Source of the DNA: a virus
DNA length: 64,000 bases
Virus record (IMG/VR): IMGVR_UViG_3300042298_003052
Location: 75,449 to 139,448 of that record
Strand: one strand, 5' to 3'
Positions 57,664 through 64,000 of the stretch are shown piece after piece. Made by a program: the position numbers and the translations under genes. A model generated the notes under the pieces. The model made no database searches. It saw nothing but the letters and a program-made list of their open reading frames with translations, and had not been told where the DNA came from. The first letter of the stretch is position 1; every line of letters starts with the position of its first letter.

Positions 57664-57882
57664 ATGGCGTTATATGAAGTGAAGATTCCTATTGCAGGTA
57701 GCATCACTTTTGAAATCGAAGCGGATTCTGAAAGTAATGCTATCACTAAGGCATTTAATACCGACGCTGATAAAGGGGACGTTGAATGGGATACATTTGA
57801 AAAAATTTCCTCCGGGAATATATTGTATGCTCCACTGAATAAGGTTAAAGTGTTTCTCCTTGACGATGGAACTGAAGAGTAA
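57664..57882 (+). CDS. hypothetical protein
   Basis: GGAG RBS; EIEADSE..AI motif. Confidence 0.55.
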   Translation: MALYEVKIPIAGSITFEIEADSESNAITKAFNTDADKGDVEWDTFEKISSGNILYAPLNKVKVFLLDDGTEE

Positions 57883-57914
57883 ACAGGTTGTGATATTAAA
57901 AAGGAGAATTTATA

Positions 57915-58139
57915 ATGGAAGCTGAACAACTTACGGGACAAAATGTTCTAGATTATCTAAAAACGTTATCACCTGAACAACTGTCTAAACCGTTTTTAGT
58001 CTACGATACGCAACAGGTTTGGTACACGTCGATCATTCAAATAGGAGTCATCGAGGAAATCCATTTGGGTCAAAAAACTGTTAGTGTATACGGTGGAGGG
58101 CATTTAGAATTGGATATGCCATATATAGCGGCACTTTGA
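57915..58139 (+). CDS. hypothetical protein
   Basis: AAGGAG RBS. Confidence 0.55.
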   Translation: MEAEQLTGQNVLDYLKTLSPEQLSKPFLVYDTQQVWYTSIIQIGVIEEIHLGQKTVSVYGGGHLELDMPYIAAL

Positions 58140-58301
58140 TACCATGACTGTTAATAGAGCAAAGGATAAGACTCTCGCACAAGAACAGATTGTAAAAGAT
58201 CCAGGACGATCGCACATCTGGAAAGCGATCTATGAGATAATGAAAGAAGACAGTAGTCTAACGATCACCGATGCTTGGATAAAATATTGGAGAACATTCC
58301 T

Positions 58302-58490
58302 ATGAAACTAACACTGATCTTTTCAGCGATCGCTCTTATGCTGTTCACCGCTTGTGATTCTGCACCTTCTGGTTCTAGTACCATAGAACCATCTACTTCG
58401 ATACCATCTGGTTGTGTCATTACAGTGGAGAGCAATGAAATACTGGCAAGTGAATCATGCGATCTTGATGGGGATGGTGTAGGTCAATAG
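58302..58490 (+). CDS. small lipoprotein
   Basis: MKLTLIFSAIALMLFTA-C lipobox; C-terminal DLDGDG motif. Confidence 0.65.
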   Translation: MKLTLIFSAIALMLFTACDSAPSGSSTIEPSTSIPSGCVITVESNEILASESCDLDGDGVGQ

Positions 58491-58600
58491 CAGAAAAATC
58501 TTTAACCTGTACGAGTCCAATCAGCAAAGTACTAAGGCGCGATCTTCGTAATTTTTGGGGATTGCGCCAAACTTAATTAAAAGGGAGAAAAACATTAAAA

Positions 58601-59362
58601 ATGGATACCGTTAAAGTGCTTCAAGAAATTGAGCTAAAACTGTTAAAGACACAGTCAGAAATGATCCTTATCCCTGGTGGAACCTTCTTAATGGGATCAT
58701 CTGAGATTACCCACGAAGGGCCTCAACACGAGGTAACGGTATCCCCTTTCTTGATGGGGCGTTACCCGGTTACCCAGGCTCAATGGCGGGCAGTGGCCAG
58801 TTTGCCCGAAGTTAAATTTGATCTGAACCCCGATCCATCATGCTTCGATGGAGATAACCGACCAGTAGAACAAGTGAATTGGTATGAAGCTATAGAGTTT
58901 TGTGCCCGTTTGTCGGCTCACACTGGTCGAATTTATACTCTCCCCAGCGAAGCTCAATGGGAATACGCCTGTCGGGCTAACACCGTTACAGCATTTTACT
59001 TTGGCGAAACCATCACTACCGATCTAGCTAACTACGATGGCAACGACACCTATGGGGCTGGACCCAAGGGAATTTATCGGAAAGCAACCACCGAGGTAGG
59101 CAGGTTTCCCCCCAATGGCTTTGGACTCTACGATATGCACGGTAACGTATGGGAATGGTGCCTAGATCAGTTTCACGATAGTTACGAAGGGGCTCCGGTT
59201 GATGGCAGTGCCTGGATGACCGGAGGGGATAGTGACCTTCGCATACTTCGCGGCGGTTCTTGGTTCAGCGTTCCTTGGTACTGTTGCTGCGCCTATCGGA
59301 ACTTCAGCGACCCTGTCAGCCGTTACGACTCCTACGGCTTTCGAGTTGTAAGTGTTCTTTAA
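58601..59362 (+). CDS. FGE-sulfatase (C-type lectin fold) domain protein
   Basis: IPGGTFLMGS, YPVTQAQW, LPSEAQWEYACRA, FGLYDMHGNVWEWC, RGGSW...GFRVV. Confidence 0.92.
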   Translation: MDTVKVLQEIELKLLKTQSEMILIPGGTFLMGSSEITHEGPQHEVTVSPFLMGRYPVTQAQWRAVASLPEVKFDLNPDPSCFDGDNRPVEQVNWYEAIEFCARLSAHTGRIYTLPSEAQWEYACRANTVTAFYFGETITTDLANYDGNDTYGAGPKGIYRKATTEVGRFPPNGFGLYDMHGNVWEWCLDQFHDSYEGAPVDGSAWMTGGDSDLRILRGGSWFSVPWYCCCAYRNFSDPVSRYDSYGFRVVSVL

Positions 59363-59399
59363 GTTGTTTGTTAACTAGACTTAAACTACTGGAGGACAA

Positions 59400-59675
59400 A
59401 TGTTGTCATTTCTTTCTGAACTGTCTAGCGAAACACCAGAATCTCGAATTGCAACTTGTCTCGTTCATATAGATCTAGCGATTTGTTCTTCTGTGTTGCG
59501 TGCAGATCCTAGTTCTATAGAAGCTATGTTAAAATACGTCTCTGAAAACCTTAATGAACAGGAGTTTCTTTCCGTTGTCCATACCCTTGAACGCAAAGCC
59601 ACGTATGCCGCCAAGTCACCTTATGGTCAAAATCACAAATATGCCTATGACTATGCCCTAAGTCTTCAGGCTTGA
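59400..59675 (+). CDS. hypothetical protein
   Basis: GGAGG RBS. Confidence 0.55.
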   Translation: MLSFLSELSSETPESRIATCLVHIDLAICSSVLRADPSSIEAMLKYVSENLNEQEFLSVVHTLERKATYAAKSPYGQNHKYAYDYALSLQA

Positions 59676-59809
59676 AAACAATCTAGCCCATCCTGAATAT
59701 TTGCGAGACTCACTGGGACAGATTGTTTTCAAGCCTGAAGACTTTTAGGCATCAACCCGCCAGCCCGTGGCTGCTGGGGTGCTTTTGTAAATTACCTTGG
59801 GAAAAGACG

Positions 59810-60097
59810 ATGGATAAAAACGTTTGGTGTCTGGTAACAAAGCCGTCTGATGACGGCACCCTGGGAATCGGCAACATTTTTAAGGTCGATGACCAAGGCT
59901 TCCTTCACTGCAAGCGGGCGGGGACACTCATGCCCGATGAGGCATTTGACGCCCTTGAGGGGGTGGAGTTTATCAAAGTGGCTGACATCGACATGGAAGC
60001 CTTGGCTACTGTAGGTGCTCTTGTAAACCATTTTGGGAAAATGAGCCTGCGAAACAATTCATCCGTAACTAACTATACTATGGAGAAAAACTCATGA
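59810..60097 (+). CDS. hypothetical protein
   Basis: likely ATG at 59810 in a GC-richer segment. Confidence 0.45.
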   Translation: MDKNVWCLVTKPSDDGTLGIGNIFKVDDQGFLHCKRAGTLMPDEAFDALEGVEFIKVADIDMEALATVGALVNHFGKMSLRNNSSVTNYTMEKNS

Positions 60098-60382
60098 ACT
60101 ACATTATCAGATCGATCGCGATCTCGTCCACAATATCTGCTATTCTATCGATGGTTCTCAATATTCAATGTCCTAAAGGTCAAGAACCGATTAAGATAGG
60201 AGACACTCAAATATGCCAACCGAATCAACCATTGACATTCTAAGTTGTTCTATTGTTTTAGAAGCATATGAACAAGCAATGGAAGATCTTCAATTTGAAG
60301 AAGCTCGTATTCTTTTAGAGGAATTAAGAGAATGTAGCGATAAAACTGATTCTCTTCGGCTAAGAGATCTTAAAATTGAATA

Positions 60383-61012
60383 ATGGCTATCTACAAAAAC
60401 CCTCACAACACATCAATTAAAATACCTCGATCGTACAAACGTATAGCGAGGAATATACCCGAGGAAATTGTTTTAGACCTCTGTATAAAACTAAGAACAG
60501 ATGGTCATAACGACAAAGAAATTTGCGATATACTTTTTGATAATTATAAAATAGGTGTAAAGGACAAAACTGGAACCCCTATTCGTCCATATAAACCGAG
60601 TTATATATCACGTCTTGTAAGAGAGGCGATGGATAAACTTCATGAACAAAATCTAGAAGGAGCAACTGAATATAACCAACTTCAACTAATGAGGTTAGAA
60701 GAGTTATATAAAAAATGGAAAACTAGAGCTGAAACCGATCCTAAAGCCGCAGAATTTTGTCGAAAGTTGTTACAAGATTTATCCGTTCTTACAGGAGCCA
60801 ATGCTCCTATAAGAGTACAAGTAGTGAAAAAAATAGAAGAAGAAACTAAACAATTAACGGAAATACTACGTCGGAAATTACCAGATGATGTTTTCATACA
60901 GGTTATTCAAGCTATTAGAGAAACTAAAGAAGAATATTATGCTAGTTACACACAAGAATCTGAAAGACCTATAATAGAAGCTACCGTAGAGGAGATTAGA
61001 GATGTACATTGA
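60383..61012 (+). CDS. putative terminase small subunit / HTH protein
   Basis: N-terminal HTH, LQLMRLEEL...LTGANAPIR pattern; adjacent to the large terminase. Confidence 0.5.
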   Translation: MAIYKNPHNTSIKIPRSYKRIARNIPEEIVLDLCIKLRTDGHNDKEICDILFDNYKIGVKDKTGTPIRPYKPSYISRLVREAMDKLHEQNLEGATEYNQLQLMRLEELYKKWKTRAETDPKAAEFCRKLLQDLSVLTGANAPIRVQVVKKIEEETKQLTEILRRKLPDDVFIQVIQAIRETKEEYYASYTQESERPIIEATVEEIRDVH

Positions 61013-61191
61013 CAAGAAAGATATTGAAAAACTTTGTTATTATCTGATATGCTCTGGATTATTGGCGAACCCTAACCTTTTTAGAGAGTATTCTAATCCA
61101 ACATTAGCGATCAATAAAATATTAGCGATCGCTAAAGAGATCCATGAATCTATCTCCGACAAAAATAGTTTCTAAATAAATCAGTTTAATC

Positions 61192-63204
61192 CTAAAATCT
61201 TCTAACAGAAGGGATAAATGATTTTCTGTGGCCACCTATTTTCACATCAGAAGAATTAGTTAAAGTAACCAGATTACCTGACTTGAATGTATTTTTAGTC
61301 TTTCTAGTTAGCCATATATAATACGCCGCCTGCATAAACACAGAAGCGAAATATAAATCGTCAATATGATCTGTGCGAACGAATTTACCTAGATAGGGAT
61401 CATATCTAGGACTACATAAATGACGCAATGGATTATTTTCAGAAGGATTAGCAACCCATCGTTCCATATTCTTTGGTAATCGTGCGATCGGATATCCATC
61501 ATCAGATCGCGATATAAATGACATCAACACTTGGTTAACAAAACGTTCGTTCCTTATTTGATAACAAGGTATCTTGTTACCCCCTTCTTCTACATATACC
61601 TCTTTAACATTATCTTTAAGGTTATTTATTTGATCAGCTATTTCTAAAACTGTAGACCTTTTGAACTCAGCCGCTCTATAACGTTCTGGTTCGTTGTCGA
61701 TCAAACCGTATTCGACATTGTATTCTTTGAGTTTGTAAGCTAATTCGTTTACAGATATCTCATTAAGAAAGACATATTCTACTATAGTACGTTCAATGAT
61801 CTCTTCTGTTGCTAACGTATTCCAATCTTCTGGCGGCGTAAAGTTAGCTATGCTCAACCAATATTGACCTCTACCAACGTCTACACCAGCTAATCTCACT
61901 TCGGGGGATCTTAGAGGCGATGGTGCTTCAATAGATCTTTTAAGGATTTCCATCGTTATACACGTTGCATTAGCCCTAGAAGGGTGTCCTAAACGTTGTT
62001 GAATAAAGTCTCTACTATCCGTGGCTTCTAGACCACTTCTAATAATATCAGCAGCTAAATTTATTTTACTTTTTCTAGTTAATGGTGAAATATTAAAAGA
62101 GATCGCCTTTTGGTCATTCGGAATACCAGGTGGTATAGAATTGATAAACTCTCTAAACCATATACCAGTTATACGACATTTATATCTAGCGCTTTCTAAA
62201 ACGTAATTTTCTAGTCGAGATCCACAATGAGCACACGCTATATAAGCAGAAGAAACGGGATCCTTCTCGTCTGTATGCCACCATTCTTTTGGTCTATTGG
62301 TATCAGTCACATAGGATTCTATCGTATTACCAGCGGAATCCAAACGTGTTATCTTTTTTAATAAACAACCAAACGGATCTAAAAAGAAATCTTCTTTACA
62401 ACTAGGACAATTACAAGCCGGATAAAAATCGTGAGCCGCTTCCTTCTCTATAAGAGCTTCTATACCCCCACCAGAACCAGGAGTACCATAGAAACGTATA
62501 GGTTTAGTTGCGATCAAAGAAGCATCAACCCGTCTAGGCAAAGGATCAATAGCTCCTGGAGCATACTGTGACACCTCATCACATGACAAAAAATCAGCCG
62601 TAAATGATGCTGCTGCTCCTCCCACTGCGGCCAGTCCGCTTTCATCACTTGTTCTAGAGGTGGATACATAGGAAAGAGAAGATGTCACACCCTGAACCAT
62701 ATAACGTTGGCTCGTCATGCGATCTTTGAATCTGCTAAAGCGATAACCATTTCGCTCCATAGCTTCCACATACGATTCCACTATCGGTTGATATTGTACG
62801 GGAGCATTATTAGTGAGACTTGAAAGACTCTGCCAAAATATACCTGTATTACAGCGACCGTACACTAACGTATCAGCCAATAATAAGTTAGCCGCTAAGG
62901 TTTTACCTATCTGGGCTGCACCTGTACAAAAAACCCGAGATATTCTAAAATCACCTAATCCTTCGAGTAGTTCTGAATACCAAGGGGATAAAACAATTTC
63001 AGTACCTCTTTCAGTTCTACCATATAATTTGACCCGTTCTACAAAGTCTTTACCACCATTCTGCCATATGTTATTTATATACTGTTCTCTACGGTTAGCA
63101 TCATTAACACCAACTTTATTGGCTTTGTATTCGTTACTTAACGCAGCTATAAGAAAATTGTTACTAATTCCCTTAATGTGTTCAAAGTCTTCTTTGCTAC
63201 CCAT
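61192..63204 (-). CDS. terminase large subunit (lambda GpA-like)
   Basis: GAAQIGKT Walker A, CDEVSQY Walker B, YGTPG, CPSC/CAHCG Zn motifs, AGVDVG nuclease motif. Confidence 0.85.
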   Translation of the reverse strand: MGSKEDFEHIKGISNNFLIAALSNEYKANKVGVNDANRREQYINNIWQNGGKDFVERVKLYGRTERGTEIVLSPWYSELLEGLGDFRISRVFCTGAAQIGKTLAANLLLADTLVYGRCNTGIFWQSLSSLTNNAPVQYQPIVESYVEAMERNGYRFSRFKDRMTSQRYMVQGVTSSLSYVSTSRTSDESGLAAVGGAAASFTADFLSCDEVSQYAPGAIDPLPRRVDASLIATKPIRFYGTPGSGGGIEALIEKEAAHDFYPACNCPSCKEDFFLDPFGCLLKKITRLDSAGNTIESYVTDTNRPKEWWHTDEKDPVSSAYIACAHCGSRLENYVLESARYKCRITGIWFREFINSIPPGIPNDQKAISFNISPLTRKSKINLAADIIRSGLEATDSRDFIQQRLGHPSRANATCITMEILKRSIEAPSPLRSPEVRLAGVDVGRGQYWLSIANFTPPEDWNTLATEEIIERTIVEYVFLNEISVNELAYKLKEYNVEYGLIDNEPERYRAAEFKRSTVLEIADQINNLKDNVKEVYVEEGGNKIPCYQIRNERFVNQVLMSFISRSDDGYPIARLPKNMERWVANPSENNPLRHLCSPRYDPYLGKFVRTDHIDDLYFASVFMQAAYYIWLTRKTKNTFKSGNLVTLTNSSDVKIGGHRKSFIPSVRRF

Positions 63205-63212
63205 AGCGATCG

Positions 63213-63653
63213 TTATTCCAATAATAGAAGTTCGATATCCTTTAACGTAGATCCCGCGTAACCTTCTTTCACAATAACAAATGTACCATCGTATCCTTCT
63301 CCTATAGGTGCTCTAACAGGTTCATAGCCCAACGGTTGTATCCACCAAGCATAAGAGAATCGTTTAGCTTTTGAAGATCCTAAAAGAGTTGCGGTTTGAG
63401 TGGATGTTATTTGATATAGTCCTGACTGAAAACTAGCTGTGTTATTTCTCCTAGTTAAACCATTATTTATAGATAACGTCAAAACAGGAGCCGAACTAGG
63501 AATACAATCAACACTCAAAGAAAAGATCCTAGTTGTTACATCAGCATTAACATAGCTAGTAATAGTATCATTAATTGGACGAGAAAACTCCCAGGTATAT
63601 CCAGATATACTGGCTCCAGATAGAAAAATTTTTCCGTTCAAAGCATCAGTCAC
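63213..63653 (-). CDS. putative virion structural protein
   Basis: GTG start at 63653 with GGAGG RBS; beta-rich composition. Confidence 0.45.
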   Translation of the reverse strand: MTDALNGKIFLSGASISGYTWEFSRPINDTITSYVNADVTTRIFSLSVDCIPSSAPVLTLSINNGLTRRNNTASFQSGLYQITSTQTATLLGSSKAKRFSYAWWIQPLGYEPVRAPIGEGYDGTFVIVKEGYAGSTLKDIELLLLE

Positions 63654-63933
63654 AGTCGCAGTCCTCCAGGCTAAGTGTGGGCGCAATGGATCCAATATTC
63701 AGCCCTGCGATGATCGCCGCTACCGCTAGGGCTGGGGCCAGGGTGGTCAGATCCAGGCTAGGGATAGTGCTAGCCAGTTCCAGGCTAGGATGCTGGGCTA
63801 GCAGGTCCAGGACAGGGGCAAGGCTATCCAGGTGGATGCAGGGGATGCACTTGAGCAGGCGTAGCCCCAGGATCAGGCCAGGGTGCAGGCCAAGGGGATA
63901 GAGGGTGCCGGTTAGGCCGAGGGGGTAGAGCAT
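63646..63933 (-). CDS. small hydrophobic protein with P-x-L-x-L repeats
   Basis: AGGAG RBS; GC-rich segment; ~9-aa periodic repeats. Confidence 0.45.
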   Translation of the reverse strand: MLYPLGLTGTLYPLGLHPGLILGLRLLKCIPCIHLDSLAPVLDLLAQHPSLELASTIPSLDLTTLAPALAVAAIIAGLNIGSIAPTLSLEDCDCD

Positions 63934-64000
63934 GGCTAGCTACTCCTACGCTTGGCAAGTTGCCTAGCAGTGTAAGCTGGTCTCGATTCCCCAATATCCT

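Noticed and set aside
59200-59720. Complete DGR (template repeat, RT, avd, IMH hairpin)
   Set aside because: No second copy of the variable region, no reverse transcriptase and no clear GC hairpin after the stop seen in this window
62813-63901. Plus-strand ORFs 62813-63250 and 63575-63901
   Set aside because: Antisense to the terminase and adjacent genes; no RBS or recognisable motifs
1-64000. Integrated prophage boundary or host chromosome flank
   Set aside because: No integrase, att site or run of housekeeping genes; murA is isolated among phage genes

Overview
A 64-kb, AT-rich segment of a large tailed phage of a cyanobacterium. The host assignment rests on pervasive HIP1-type GCGATCGC/CGATCG words, nblA, cyanobacterial-type tRNAs without encoded CCA, and pentapeptide-repeat and FGE-sulfatase genes. 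Left part (1-19 kb, mostly minus strand): prohead protease, M15A endolysin, metallophosphoesterase, HNH nuclease, a DUF2945-DUF3140-dead-protease fusion, portal, PIN-PhoH, four tRNAs, nblA, and a primase-helicase beside a cruciform/iteron origin candidate. 19-26 kb: SSB, GIY-YIG protein, a murA + GT2 cassette and a 2H-phosphoesterase. 26-60 kb: a plus-strand block of small early/host-takeover-like genes built as cassettes. These are separated by related ~400-500 bp intergenic modules, HIP1-stemmed hairpins and two promoter classes: four perfect CRP boxes in class II activation geometry, and nine sigma70 promoters whose -35 is half of a TGTVAA-N6-TTKACA palindrome. The block also holds an amidoligase, DUF932, solo DUF262, a GGDEF protein, two related secreted peptides and an FGE/C-lectin gene with a DGR-like variable region. 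Right end: putative small terminase and a GpA-type large terminase. All product calls come from motifs recognised by eye; no database searches were run.
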